A DNA stretch of 64,000 nt from Candidatus Eremiobacteria bacterium (lineage in GTDB: Bacteria; Vulcanimicrobiota; Vulcanimicrobiia; Vulcanimicrobiales; Vulcanimicrobiaceae), in the NCBI GenBank assembly GCA_963737065.1, contig CAVTRC010000001.1:1920001-1984000 (forward strand), in the 5' to 3' direction. This document shows positions 32,197 to 42,546 of this stretch, in pieces; position 1 is the stretch's first letter, and every line of letters begins with the position of its first letter. The notes beneath the pieces were generated by a model. It had not been told where the DNA came from, did not search any database, and was given only the letters and a program-made list of their open reading frames with translations. The position numbers and the translations under genes were made by a program.

Positions 32197-33291
32197 GTGT
32201 CGCAAACGATTGCCGTTCTTCCCGGCGACGGCGTCGGGCCTGAGGTCACGCACGCCGCCGTACGCGTTTTGCGGCATGTCCGCAGCGACGTACACTGCGT
32301 GGAACGTCTCGTCGGCGGTGCCGCGCTCGAACGCGGATTGCCCCCATTGCCCGACGAGGCGCGCGCGCTCGTCGATTCGAGCGCCGCAATTCTGTTCGGC
32401 AGCGTCGGCTTGCCTCAGTACGACGGAAAACCGCTTCCCGAACGGCCGGAGTACGCGCTCTTCGTGCTGCGCCGTGATTACGAACTGTACGCGAACATTC
32501 GCCCGGTCCGCGTCTTTCCCGGGCTCGAAGACGCGTCGTCGCTCAAACCGGAGCTCGTGCGCGGTTTGGACCTGATCGTCGTGCGCGAACTTACCGGCGG
32601 CATCTATTTCGGTACACCGAAAGAACAGCGGGTAGAGGACGGCGTCGAGATCGCGGTCGACACGATGATCTATCGAGCGCCCGAAATCGAACGGATCGCG
32701 CGCACGGCGTTTGAACTTGCGCGCGGGCGCCGCAAACGCGTCACGTCGGTCGATAAGCAAAACATTCTAGAGACATCGCGGTTGTGGCGGCGCGTCGTGA
32801 ATAGCCTCGCAAACGAGTATCCCGACGTACAGCTCGATCATCTGCTCGTCGACAACGCCGCGATGCAGCTGGTGCGCCGCCCCGGCGATTTCGACGTGCT
32901 CGTGACGGAGAATATGTTCGGCGACATTCTCTCCGATGAGGCGGCGATTCTGACCGGATCGATCGGCACGTTGCCGAGCGCGAGCTTAGGAACGCGCCCT
33001 TCGACGGGGCCGAGGACAGGCTCAACGCCGGGGCGGCAGTTCGGACTCTACGAACCGATCGCCGGCACGGCGCCCGATATCGCGGGTAAAGGCATCGCAA
33101 ATCCGACGGCTGCCATTCTTTCGGCGGCGATGTTGCTTCGTTACAGTTTCGACGACGAGGAGAACGCGCGCCGCATCGAACGGGCGGTCGAGGAGACGTA
33201 TGCCGGCGGTGCACGCACGGCAGAAATTGCCGGTGGCACGACACCGCTTGGTACGGACGCGTTCACGGATCGCGTCATGGACAAGTTATAG
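32197..33291 (+). CDS. leuB: 3-isopropylmalate dehydrogenase
   Basis: PGDGVGPEV, RELTGGIYFG, NMFGDILSDEA, EP..GTAPDIAGKGIANP. Confidence 0.95.
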   Translation: MSQTIAVLPGDGVGPEVTHAAVRVLRHVRSDVHCVERLVGGAALERGLPPLPDEARALVDSSAAILFGSVGLPQYDGKPLPERPEYALFVLRRDYELYANIRPVRVFPGLEDASSLKPELVRGLDLIVVRELTGGIYFGTPKEQRVEDGVEIAVDTMIYRAPEIERIARTAFELARGRRKRVTSVDKQNILETSRLWRRVVNSLANEYPDVQLDHLLVDNAAMQLVRRPGDFDVLVTENMFGDILSDEAAILTGSIGTLPSASLGTRPSTGPRTGSTPGRQFGLYEPIAGTAPDIAGKGIANPTAAILSAAMLLRYSFDDEENARRIERAVEETYAGGARTAEIAGGTTPLGTDAFTDRVMDKL

Positions 33292-33297
33292 CGCCCG

Positions 33298-34908
33298 CTA
33301 CGGTGCGTAACGCCATGCCGCGACGGAATTGAACGGGGAGAGCAGCGGAGGCGCAAAGCCGCGCAAGTTGTTCGGTATCACGTCCACTTCGCTGATCTGA
33401 CAGAGAAATGCGTACGGAAGAGCGTCGACGAGGCGGCGCTGAATTTCGCGATACGCGGCGGTACGGGTCGACCGGTCGTACGATGATGCTCCGCGCGCGA
33501 GCAGCGTATCGACCTGCGGGTCGCAGAACCGTGTGTCGTTGAACCCGTTCGGCCCGCGCTGATTGCATGCCAATAGCCAAGAAACGTCGGGATCGTACGT
33601 CGCCTGATAGTCGTAAAGCGTTATTTGGTATCGCCCTTGCATCATCGGCCCTTGAATCGAGAGGAACTGCGTTCGATCGTACTGATGCAGCGAGACGTCG
33701 ATGCCGATCGCGTGCTCGGCTGCGGCGATCGCCGTGGCGAACCGCGTCGTGATTCCTTCGCCGGCCGCAAACGCGATTTCGAGATGGAGCGGATGGCCTT
33801 GCTTCATGCGTATTCCGCCCGGCCCCGCAATCCATCCGTCTCTCGTTAGCAACGCCGCCGCTTGTGCCGGATCGAACGGCGGCAACTTCACGTTGCGATC
33901 GAAAGCCCACGTGAACAGTCCGCGCATCGCGGTATCCGGATCGTAAACGCCATGTGTGATCTTTTCGGTGAGGCCGCGACGGTCGATCGCGAGCGTGAAC
34001 GCTCGCCGGACGGTGAGGTCACGCAAGATCGGATCGGTCAAGTTGAATCCGAGTGCGTAGAAGTATGGCACGGGCGTTAGCACGACGCGGTGCCGCGGAA
34101 TTGCGCGAAGCTGATCGATGCGCGACGCATCGAGCATGAACGCGGCATCGATTTCTCCGGATTGCAACTGGTCGATCGTCGTCGAGTCGTTTGCGATCAC
34201 CGGAAGCACGAGACGGCCGATGTGCGGCGGACCGGAATAATACGCCTCGTTCGCGGTGAAGGTGAGACGATCGCCGCGATCCCAGCGATTGAGCCGGTAC
34301 GGCCCCGAGCCGACCGGTGATGCGTTGAAGGGAGCGTTGTTGAGACTCGGTTTTGACGCAAGCAGATGCGCGGGGAGAATCGGATAGTTGCTGTCGCCTC
34401 CGAAGAAGAGCGCGACGATCGGTGAATACGGCCGCTTGAGCGTAATAACGACCGTATACGGACCGCGAGCGGCAATCGAAGCGATTTCCTCGTATCCGAT
34501 TCGTTCGGGCACGTTATTCGCCGGGCTCATGATCGCGTGGTACGTGAAGAGGACGTCGGCGGCGGTGAGCGGTGTCCCATCTTGCCAGCGAACGCCACGG
34601 CGCAGATGGAACGTCAAACGCTTTCCGTCCGCGGAAACGTCGCCGTTTTGCGGCGTCGGAACCTCTCGCGCGAGATCGGGCACGGTACGGCCGGTCGAAT
34701 CGTAGTTCGTGAGATACGAATAGAGAAGTTCGCTAAACGTATACGCGCTGATGCCTTCCAACAACAACGGATCGAGCGAGATCGGCTCCTTCTGAATCGC
34801 GACCGTTATCGTGTTGCTGCCGCTTTGCGTGCCATGCGTAACATGCGTGCATCCAGCAAGCGCCCAGAGTGCGGCGCACGCGGCTACAATCGAGAGACAT
34901 CGTTGCAT
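33298..34908 (-). CDS. Peptide ABC transporter substrate-binding lipoprotein (family 5)
   Basis: Lipobox LAGC, PDLA, LRRGVRWQDG, VGSGPY. Confidence 0.9.
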   Translation of the reverse strand: MQRCLSIVAACAALWALAGCTHVTHGTQSGSNTITVAIQKEPISLDPLLLEGISAYTFSELLYSYLTNYDSTGRTVPDLAREVPTPQNGDVSADGKRLTFHLRRGVRWQDGTPLTAADVLFTYHAIMSPANNVPERIGYEEIASIAARGPYTVVITLKRPYSPIVALFFGGDSNYPILPAHLLASKPSLNNAPFNASPVGSGPYRLNRWDRGDRLTFTANEAYYSGPPHIGRLVLPVIANDSTTIDQLQSGEIDAAFMLDASRIDQLRAIPRHRVVLTPVPYFYALGFNLTDPILRDLTVRRAFTLAIDRRGLTEKITHGVYDPDTAMRGLFTWAFDRNVKLPPFDPAQAAALLTRDGWIAGPGGIRMKQGHPLHLEIAFAAGEGITTRFATAIAAAEHAIGIDVSLHQYDRTQFLSIQGPMMQGRYQITLYDYQATYDPDVSWLLACNQRGPNGFNDTRFCDPQVDTLLARGASSYDRSTRTAAYREIQRRLVDALPYAFLCQISEVDVIPNNLRGFAPPLLSPFNSVAAWRYAP

Positions 34909-35005
34909 GTGCGCCGTTTACGGCCGCGCGGCGTGCGGCCCTCCCGCGTGAAGCGAAATTTTGGCGCGCGTGCCAATTTATTGCAGTAGCCGGTATACTG
35001 TGGAC

Positions 35006-35986
35006 GTGAATCCGAACGATGTGATGAAACACGCTTCCCGGGCGCTCACGACCGGTTTCGCGATCGCCTTGATGGCGATGTCTACGGCGCCGGCGCCCGA
35101 AATGAAGCCCTATCTTCACGCACAACGGCTTGTGGACATCGGCTCGCGCCGCCTGAACATCTACTGCACCGGGAGCGGATCGCCGGCGGTCGTGTTGGAC
35201 GCGGGTGCGGGCGACGCGACCGACGTTTGGTATAAGGTTCAGCCGGCGATCGCAAGGCGTACTCGCGTGTGCTCGTACGATCGTGCCGGAATGGGTTTCA
35301 GCGACGGTACGATGTCGACGCGCGACGCGTGGTCGGTAGTAAGCGACCTTCACACGCTCTTGCACCGCGCCGGTATCGCTCCGCCCTACGTTCTGGTCGC
35401 GCACTCGATCGCAGGATTGTACGCGCCGCTCTATGCCGATCGTTTTCGAAACGAAGTCGCCGGCATGGTGCTGGTCGATCCGACGCCGCCCTACGTCTAT
35501 CGTCGTGAAGCGACCGTTGCGCCCGCCGTAGTGAAACTCGCAAAAGTAGCGCAAGAATTCGCTCGCAAGTGCTACGACGCCGCTGCTTCCGGCGTTCTGA
35601 AGCCGGGCAACAAAGCGTATCGGGAGTGCGTCGGTACCTCGGCGCGGCCGCGCAGTCCGGCGTACTGGTACGACTTCGTGTCGGAAGCGAATTCGGTGGA
35701 GGGCAGCGATTCCGCGCAAGCGCGGCAATTCCAACGGAACTACGGCGCGCTGCCGCTCATTGTGTTGACGGCGGCCGACGGGTTCAAGCTCGCCGGAATT
35801 CCGCACGCGCAACAAATTTCGGCATGGAAAATGTGGAAGGCAATGCACGACGATATTGCCGCACGTTCATCGGTCGGCGTGAACGTGGTCGTTGCGAATT
35901 CCGGCCACTACATTCAGCTGGACCGACCCGCAGCCGTACTAACCGCTGTGTATGAGGTGATCGATCGGACTCGTGCCCGGCGCTAA
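35006..35986 (+). CDS. Secreted alpha/beta hydrolase
   Basis: CTGSGSPAVV, YDRAGMGFSD, AHSIAG nucleophile elbow, SGHYIQ. Confidence 0.88.
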   Translation: MNPNDVMKHASRALTTGFAIALMAMSTAPAPEMKPYLHAQRLVDIGSRRLNIYCTGSGSPAVVLDAGAGDATDVWYKVQPAIARRTRVCSYDRAGMGFSDGTMSTRDAWSVVSDLHTLLHRAGIAPPYVLVAHSIAGLYAPLYADRFRNEVAGMVLVDPTPPYVYRREATVAPAVVKLAKVAQEFARKCYDAAASGVLKPGNKAYRECVGTSARPRSPAYWYDFVSEANSVEGSDSAQARQFQRNYGALPLIVLTAADGFKLAGIPHAQQISAWKMWKAMHDDIAARSSVGVNVVVANSGHYIQLDRPAAVLTAVYEVIDRTRARR

Positions 35987-36088
35987 TATTTTGCTCCCGA
36001 AAACAATTTTTTGAAGGACCGCGCAGCAAAGCGAATAAGAGAGCGTCGATTAACGTGCGACCTCTGTCGAAGTGGAGGCTTTGGCATT

Positions 36089-39000
36089 ATGCGGAAACTT
36101 AGCGGACGAGCGGTCCTCCTGGTTGCGGCAGTGATGTATGCATTGCTAAACGGCGGACCGATCGTGGCCTTAGCTGCGCCGAATACGAGCAGCGTCGTAG
36201 GAACGGTTCACGGTTCGGACGGTGCCCCGATCGCCGGAGCGCGTGTCGCCCTCATCGGAGCGCAGCGCCTGACGCAAAGCACGGATCCGACCGGAGCGTT
36301 CAAGTTTGCGGACGTACCAACCGGCCTCTATACGATGCTCGTCACCAAGGCAGGCTACGAGACGTATCGGGACGACAACGTCGCCGCGTTCATCGGTGAG
36401 ACGGTGACGCTCAATGTGACGCTTGCCGCATCCTCGTTTTCGTCGCTGCGCACGATCGCGAGCGTGTCGACGAATGCACCGGGCGTCGCATCGATCAACA
36501 CGTCGAGCGCGTCGATCAACGCGATATCGGCGGCAACCTTCGAGAATCAGGGAAGTCAGCAGGTCACGAAGGTGCTCAATGAAACGCCGGGCATCTTCGT
36601 TACGCCGTACAATTCGAATAACGGTAATCCGAGCAACGGCGCTTCGCCGGCCTCGGAGCAGACGCCGCAGATTCGCGGCGCCTTGCCGTACGAGACGGAA
36701 TCGCTCATCGACGGCCATCCCGTCTCCGTCGGTTCGCTCGGAACGTTCTCACCAACCCTCATCAACCCGTTCCTGCTGGACAACGCCGAACTCGTGAAGG
36801 GTCCAGGCTCGATGCCTGCGGAGATCAACTACGCGATAAACGGCACGGTCAATTACCGCACGCTGGAACCAAGCGCCGTGAGCCACTCTTCGGGATACGC
36901 CGGTGTCGATGGTTGGGGAGGCGTTTCGACCGGCTTCAAGACGACCGGCTCCACGAGAAATCATCGAATCGGCTATGCGCTCGGCTACACTACGAACGGT
37001 GCGCCCGGGCCATTACAAGATTTCTACTTCCAAGGCTCGCAGCTGCCGCTCGATATTGGACCGGCCGGCGGCCCGTATTTCCTCAACGGTCAGCAAGTCG
37101 CAATGCTGGCGCCGGTCGGTGAAGGCCTCGCGCCTTCGGCTTTCAACAAGTACGCCGGCTTAGGAATCGTTTTCAACGAACCGCTCGTTGGGTGCTGCTA
37201 TTCCATGGACACCGGCTACCACTCCAACTCCGAGCTCGCGAAGATCATTTACAACTTCTCGAACAGCACGTCGCTGAAGCTCTCGTATCTTGGCGGACAG
37301 TCGATCAACGGGAACGGCGATGTCGGGGCGTATGACACAACCCTCGTTGGGAACACCGGCCTGCCCGCGTTCTCGTTTGCTCCGTGCGGCAGCGCCAACC
37401 AACCGTTGACGTGCAATCCGTTCGCAACCGGCGGCTCCTACAATTGCGCGAGCGCCGGTCGCTCACCAAATTGCGGCGCATCGATTCCGTTCGATCTGAG
37501 TTCATTCAACGGCGTCGGCTACACTTGGCTGCAGCAAAATCTCTTCCAAGGCGAGTTCCGCACGGCGCTCGGACAGACGGGAACGGTGCTCGCGCGTTAC
37601 TATACCGGCGCATTGAACAACTACGCGGTTGCGGGGCCATCGGCGCCGCTCAACGTAACGCTGCGAAACACGTATGGTACGATTCCGCTCTGCCCGACCG
37701 GGACTGCGTATGACCCGAACGCCCCGCCCGCCGCCGGCGGCAAGGATCCCGCGGGATGGCAGTGTCTCGGTCCGGGTCTCGGGGTAACGCCACCGACGAA
37801 CACGACGTTCAACGGCCAAAGCGCCACGTTCACCACCGCAAGCCAAGCAAACACGTTTAATACGCGCGACAAAATGAGCGGTGAGACGCTCGAGCTTCAA
37901 GAGCAACTCGGCGACAATTCGTTAACGCTTTCTTACGATCGCAACGAGCAGTTATCGTCTGAAACAGCGGATGAGCCGTCCGTAGGCATCATCGTTTTCA
38001 GTCCGGTTGCCGGATCGAAACAGACATTCCAAACCCTTTCGCTGCGCGGCAACTTCATGCTGAAACCGAAGCTCAATTTGGCCGTCGCGGACTACTTCAT
38101 CAATTATCTCAGCCACTATTCGATCGATGGCGGAAACACGTTTAACGATTCGTCGCACTCGTACTACGAACCGCGCGCCGCACTGACGTGGCATCCGAAC
38201 GGCGATACCGTCTACCGGTTCTCGGCGGGTGGCTCCGTTGCTCCGCCGTATATATCGCTCGTTTCCTCGGGTGGTCCCACGTGGAGCGCGATCATCGGCG
38301 GTGTGCCGGCGGCCGGATACATACAAAATGCAAATAACGGAAACATCAATGCGGAAACGGCGTTTAGCTACGACCTCGGCTTCGATCATCGCATCGCGCG
38401 CTCGACGTCCGTCGCGCTTGATGTGTACTTTACGCAATTGCACAATTTGTTTCTGACGCAGACGACGACCGTGCCGTTCGGAACCCCGCCAGCGGCAGGC
38501 TGTCCAAATGCGCCGTGCGAGATTTCGGAAACTGCGAACCTCGGCCAGGCGCGCTACGAAGGCATTGAGCTCGCGGTGAATCACGTCGTACCGCGTGGCT
38601 TCGGCTGGAGACTACAGGGCTCGCTGCAGCGTGCGTTCACGTATAATCTCCCGCCGTATTTCTACTGCTCCGGCTCGACAAACCCGGCCACCGGCGTCAC
38701 GACGCCTCCGGGACCCGGATGCGTGCACAATACAAACCTGGCGGTGCTGCCCGAGTCAAACTTCGGCGGTCAGCCCACGGGGTTGTCCGGCGCTCCGAAC
38801 GGTATCACCAGCGGGCGTGTTCCGTACGCGACCGGTTATGGTGAACTCAACTTTACCGGGGGCGGCGGTCAGTATTACAATCTCGGCCTCACCTACTTCG
38901 GCAATAACAACAGCTACAACGAACCGCCGTTCGCGGTGCTTTCAGCGAATGTGCGGCTAAAGCTAAACGACCGCGGCACGAGGTTCCAGGTCTCCGCCGA

Positions 39001-39187
39001 CAATCTTACCGGCGCATACGCAAATCCGTACGTCGGCTTCTTCAACGGCATCCCGCTGCCGCTCGTGAACGGCGCAACGCAGACGAGTCTTACGACCGGG
39101 CAGCCCGTGCCCGTCGGTCTCGCCCTGACGGCGGCCGGCAATTACGGTCCCTGTACGGTCCGTTTCCTCTTCACGCAAGACTTCTGA
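36089..39187 (+). CDS. TonB-dependent receptor with carboxypeptidase-regulatory-like N-domain
   Basis: Signal peptide, plug (LNETPG, IRG, LIDGHP, ELVKGPG, GTVNYRT), AETAFSYDLG, C-terminal Phe. Confidence 0.88.
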   Translation: MRKLSGRAVLLVAAVMYALLNGGPIVALAAPNTSSVVGTVHGSDGAPIAGARVALIGAQRLTQSTDPTGAFKFADVPTGLYTMLVTKAGYETYRDDNVAAFIGETVTLNVTLAASSFSSLRTIASVSTNAPGVASINTSSASINAISAATFENQGSQQVTKVLNETPGIFVTPYNSNNGNPSNGASPASEQTPQIRGALPYETESLIDGHPVSVGSLGTFSPTLINPFLLDNAELVKGPGSMPAEINYAINGTVNYRTLEPSAVSHSSGYAGVDGWGGVSTGFKTTGSTRNHRIGYALGYTTNGAPGPLQDFYFQGSQLPLDIGPAGGPYFLNGQQVAMLAPVGEGLAPSAFNKYAGLGIVFNEPLVGCCYSMDTGYHSNSELAKIIYNFSNSTSLKLSYLGGQSINGNGDVGAYDTTLVGNTGLPAFSFAPCGSANQPLTCNPFATGGSYNCASAGRSPNCGASIPFDLSSFNGVGYTWLQQNLFQGEFRTALGQTGTVLARYYTGALNNYAVAGPSAPLNVTLRNTYGTIPLCPTGTAYDPNAPPAAGGKDPAGWQCLGPGLGVTPPTNTTFNGQSATFTTASQANTFNTRDKMSGETLELQEQLGDNSLTLSYDRNEQLSSETADEPSVGIIVFSPVAGSKQTFQTLSLRGNFMLKPKLNLAVADYFINYLSHYSIDGGNTFNDSSHSYYEPRAALTWHPNGDTVYRFSAGGSVAPPYISLVSSGGPTWSAIIGGVPAAGYIQNANNGNINAETAFSYDLGFDHRIARSTSVALDVYFTQLHNLFLTQTTTVPFGTPPAAGCPNAPCEISETANLGQARYEGIELAVNHVVPRGFGWRLQGSLQRAFTYNLPPYFYCSGSTNPATGVTTPPGPGCVHNTNLAVLPESNFGGQPTGLSGAPNGITSGRVPYATGYGELNFTGGGGQYYNLGLTYFGNNNSYNEPPFAVLSANVRLKLNDRGTRFQVSADNLTGAYANPYVGFFNGIPLPLVNGATQTSLTTGQPVPVGLALTAAGNYGPCTVRFLFTQDF

Positions 39188-39192
39188 TATGG

Positions 39193-39237
39193 GGTGATCG
39201 TTTGCATCCGCGCTGTTTGCAGCGCGGATGCGTCACC
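39193..39237. other. Intercistronic stem-loop after the TonB receptor gene
   Basis: GCATCCGCGCTG-TTTG-CAGCGCGGATGC (12 bp) extended by GGTGA/TCACC; no U-tract. Confidence 0.7.
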
Positions 39238-39308
39238 ACGCCAGCGTTGACTCGTGAAGCGACAAAATTTTAGCCGATGGAACGATTTTTTGGGAGGAAC
39301 GGTTTTTG

Positions 39309-41240
39309 ATGCGGAAGTGGTTTGGCGCCACGTTGCCGGTGATCGTGAGCATTCTTGCAAGCCCCGTTACGGCCGCTCCGGCACAACCGCAGCAGTCACA
39401 TCAACTTGTTGCGAGCGATCTGACGCCGTTTCTCGACGGACTCGTTCCGTACGCGATACGCCGCGCGGACATTGCGGGCGCTGTCGTGACCGTCGTCAAG
39501 GACGGAAAGATTATCTTCGCAAAGGGCTACGGTTTCTCCGATCTCGCGACGCGTACGCCCGTCGATCCCGCAAATACGCTGTTCCGTCCCGGGTCGACAT
39601 CGAAGCTTTTCACATGGACGGCGGTCATGCAGCAGGTGCAGGCCGGTAAACTGAACCTCGATGCGGACGTCAATCAGTATCTCGATTTCAAGATTCCGGA
39701 TAAGTTCGGAAAGCCGATCACGCTGCGCAACTTGATGACCCACTCGGCGGGATTCGAGGAAGTCATCCAAGACTTGATCGTCGACAAGCCGACTCAGATG
39801 ATGCCGCTCGGTGAATACCTCAAGAGACACATTCCCGATCGCATCTTTCCGCCGGGTCAAGTCATTGCATACTCGAATTACGGCGCGGCACTCGCGGGAT
39901 ACATCGTTCAGCGCGTCTCGGGCGAACCGTACGATGAATACATCCAAAAACATATCTTCGACGCGCTGCGGATGACGCACTCGACGGTCCAGCAACCGTT
40001 ACCCGCCGCTCTCGCTCCGCTGATGGCGAAGGGCTACACGAACGCCGGCGCGGACGAGGCCCATCCGTTTGAATACGTCGTGCCGGCGCCGGCAGGCGCA
40101 GGAACATCGTCGGGAATCGACATGGCGTACTTCATGCTCGCGTATCTCGGCGGCGGGCATTACAACGGCGGTACGATCCTCGATCCCGCGACGATCCGCG
40201 AAATGTGGACGCTGCAACTCGCTCCCGCGCCGGGCATGAACGGTTTCGATCTCGGGTTCTATCAAGAAAATCGTAACGGCCAAGAGATCGTCGGCCATGC
40301 GGGCGATACCAACGTGTTTCATACGGACCTGCATTTGCTTCCGGCGCAACATGTCGGCTTCTTTATGTCGCTCAACAGCGCCGGCAAAGCAGGCGCAGCG
40401 GAAGGCGTGCGCACGCAAATTTTCCGGCACTTCCTCGATCGCTATTACCCGTACGCGGCTGCGCAGCCGCCGACGGTTGCGAATCCGAAACCCGACGCGG
40501 CTCGCGTATCAGGCTGGTACGAATCGAGTCGCCGCACCGAACATGCATTGCGGCTCGTGTATGCGCTCTCGCAAACGAGCGTTAGCGCGCGTCCCGACGG
40601 GACCGTCGAAGTGTCGATGCTTCAAACTCCCGGCGAGGATCCGATTCGCTGGCGCGAAGTCGGACCGCTCTACTACCAGCAAGTCAACGGTCAGGCGCAT
40701 CTAAAGTTCACCGCGGATTCCAACGGAAAGATTCTGTCGTGGACGACGGACGATTTCATTCCTGTCTTCATCTTTCAGCGTGTTGACGGACTCGGAACGA
40801 TGGGCTTGCTGAAAATCCTCATTCCGGCGTTCATCCTCGTGTTACTGATTTCGCTCGGTGTCCGGCTCGGTGCGTGGATTCTGCGCCGCCGTTTGAACTG
40901 GACGCTCAACGTTCCGCGTCGCGAACAATGGCTTCACCTTGCTGCGCGCATTGGCGCGCTGGCCTTCATCGTCGCGCTTCTCGGATGGACGGCGGCGCTC
41001 TCGAGCCAAAACGCGATTTTAGAGCCGGGCTTCCTCACGACCATGGTCGTCCTGTACATTGCCGGTTTGATTGCGATCGTCGGCGGCATTGCGATCGTGA
41101 TTGAAAGCGCGCTGCGGCTCGTGCGCGGGCCCGGCGGGTGGCTCGTGCGCGCGGGCGAGGGAGTCGTCGGCCTCGCGGCGTTGTACGGTATTTGGTTGTT
41201 TCTCGCGTTTGGCTTGGCGAACTTCGTTACGAAGTTTTAG
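39309..41240 (+). CDS. Serine hydrolase (beta-lactamase family) with C-terminal TM helices
   Basis: PGSTSK, LMTHSAG, YSNYG, GHAGD; about four C-terminal hydrophobic helices. Confidence 0.9.
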   Translation: MRKWFGATLPVIVSILASPVTAAPAQPQQSHQLVASDLTPFLDGLVPYAIRRADIAGAVVTVVKDGKIIFAKGYGFSDLATRTPVDPANTLFRPGSTSKLFTWTAVMQQVQAGKLNLDADVNQYLDFKIPDKFGKPITLRNLMTHSAGFEEVIQDLIVDKPTQMMPLGEYLKRHIPDRIFPPGQVIAYSNYGAALAGYIVQRVSGEPYDEYIQKHIFDALRMTHSTVQQPLPAALAPLMAKGYTNAGADEAHPFEYVVPAPAGAGTSSGIDMAYFMLAYLGGGHYNGGTILDPATIREMWTLQLAPAPGMNGFDLGFYQENRNGQEIVGHAGDTNVFHTDLHLLPAQHVGFFMSLNSAGKAGAAEGVRTQIFRHFLDRYYPYAAAQPPTVANPKPDAARVSGWYESSRRTEHALRLVYALSQTSVSARPDGTVEVSMLQTPGEDPIRWREVGPLYYQQVNGQAHLKFTADSNGKILSWTTDDFIPVFIFQRVDGLGTMGLLKILIPAFILVLLISLGVRLGAWILRRRLNWTLNVPRREQWLHLAARIGALAFIVALLGWTAALSSQNAILEPGFLTTMVVLYIAGLIAIVGGIAIVIESALRLVRGPGGWLVRAGEGVVGLAALYGIWLFLAFGLANFVTKF

Positions 41241-41250
41241 GCGAACGTGC

Positions 41251-42516
41251 ATGGGAGCCCACCTCGACGCGGACGTCGCGATCGTCGGCAGCGGAATTAT
41301 CGGCACGACGGCGGCTATCGAGCTTCGGGAAGCGGGTCTGACGGTGCTCGTGATCGATCCCAATAAACCGGGCGCCGGGACCGCGGGCGGAAGCGGCGGC
41401 TACATCCACGACGGCGAGATTTTTCCCGTTGCACAGCCGTCACTCTTCGCCGATCTTCCGCGGTTGTTGCTCGATCCGACCGGACCGCTCGTGATCCGTG
41501 CGTCGTATCTTCCGCGCTTGGTGCCGTGGGGAATCCGTTTCCTTACGACGATGCGCCGGTCGGTGACGGAACGCTCGATCGAGGGCGCCGCGCGGCTCAA
41601 CCGCGTTGCCGTCGATTCATTATTCGCGATGGCGGAAACCGCGAACGCGGAACGGTTTCTCGTGCGGCGCGGCGGTTTGAAAGTCGTTGCGGATTCGCGC
41701 ACGCTCGATACGCTGAGCGAATTGCTTCCGGTGTTGCACCGTCACGGCATTGCAGCGGAACCGCTCGATTCAGCGGAAGTTCAAGCGCGTGAACCGGCGC
41801 TTGCAACGCGCGTGGCCGGAGCGATCTACTATCCCGATTCCGCGCACTGCATCGATCCCGACGCTTTTGGAGAGAAGCTTGCCGAGCGCGTGCGATCTTC
41901 CAGCGGGGTATTGTCGGGCAGCGTTCGCGATCTGGTGCCGCAGGAGAACGGCAGTTGGAGGCTCAGCGTCGCCGAAAACACTTCGTCGGCGGATGTTCGC
42001 GTTGCACGCGTGCTGGTGAGCGCCGGGTACGCGTCCGGGGAACTGCTGCGTCCGCTGGGATATCGTGTGCCGGTGGCTGCTGCGCGCGGGTACCATCTGA
42101 TGATCGGAAAGCCGAGTGTATCGCTCGGCCGTCCGATGATTTTCTACGAATCGCATATCGGCGCGACGCCGATGGCGGATGGCATTCGCCTTGCCGGCAC
42201 GATGGAGTTTGCATCTCCCGAGTCGGCGCCCGATTTTCGCCGCGCGAAGATGCTATACGGAATCGCCAGGCAATACATTCCGGATTTGACCGCGCTCGAT
42301 ACGACGCCGTGGGTCGGAACACGCCCGCTCATGCCCGACTCGTTGCCGGCGATTGGGCGTGCATTCCGGCATGGCAATCTCTACTACGCATTCGGCCACG
42401 GCCATCTCGGATTCACGCAGGCGGCAGTTTCAGCGCGCGTCATTCGGGAGCTTATGACGGATGCCACTCCGACCATCGACGTTACTCCGTTTGATCTCGC
42501 GCGATTTCATGCGTGA
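41251..42516 (+). CDS. FAD-dependent D-amino acid dehydrogenase/oxidase (DadA-like)
   Basis: IVGSGIIG, RGYH, GTME, RPLMPDSLPAIG, GHGHLG. Confidence 0.88.
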   Translation: MGAHLDADVAIVGSGIIGTTAAIELREAGLTVLVIDPNKPGAGTAGGSGGYIHDGEIFPVAQPSLFADLPRLLLDPTGPLVIRASYLPRLVPWGIRFLTTMRRSVTERSIEGAARLNRVAVDSLFAMAETANAERFLVRRGGLKVVADSRTLDTLSELLPVLHRHGIAAEPLDSAEVQAREPALATRVAGAIYYPDSAHCIDPDAFGEKLAERVRSSSGVLSGSVRDLVPQENGSWRLSVAENTSSADVRVARVLVSAGYASGELLRPLGYRVPVAAARGYHLMIGKPSVSLGRPMIFYESHIGATPMADGIRLAGTMEFASPESAPDFRRAKMLYGIARQYIPDLTALDTTPWVGTRPLMPDSLPAIGRAFRHGNLYYAFGHGHLGFTQAAVSARVIRELMTDATPTIDVTPFDLARFHA

Positions 42517-42546
42517 ACCGTTCGCCGCTATGGAGGCTGTCTCAAA

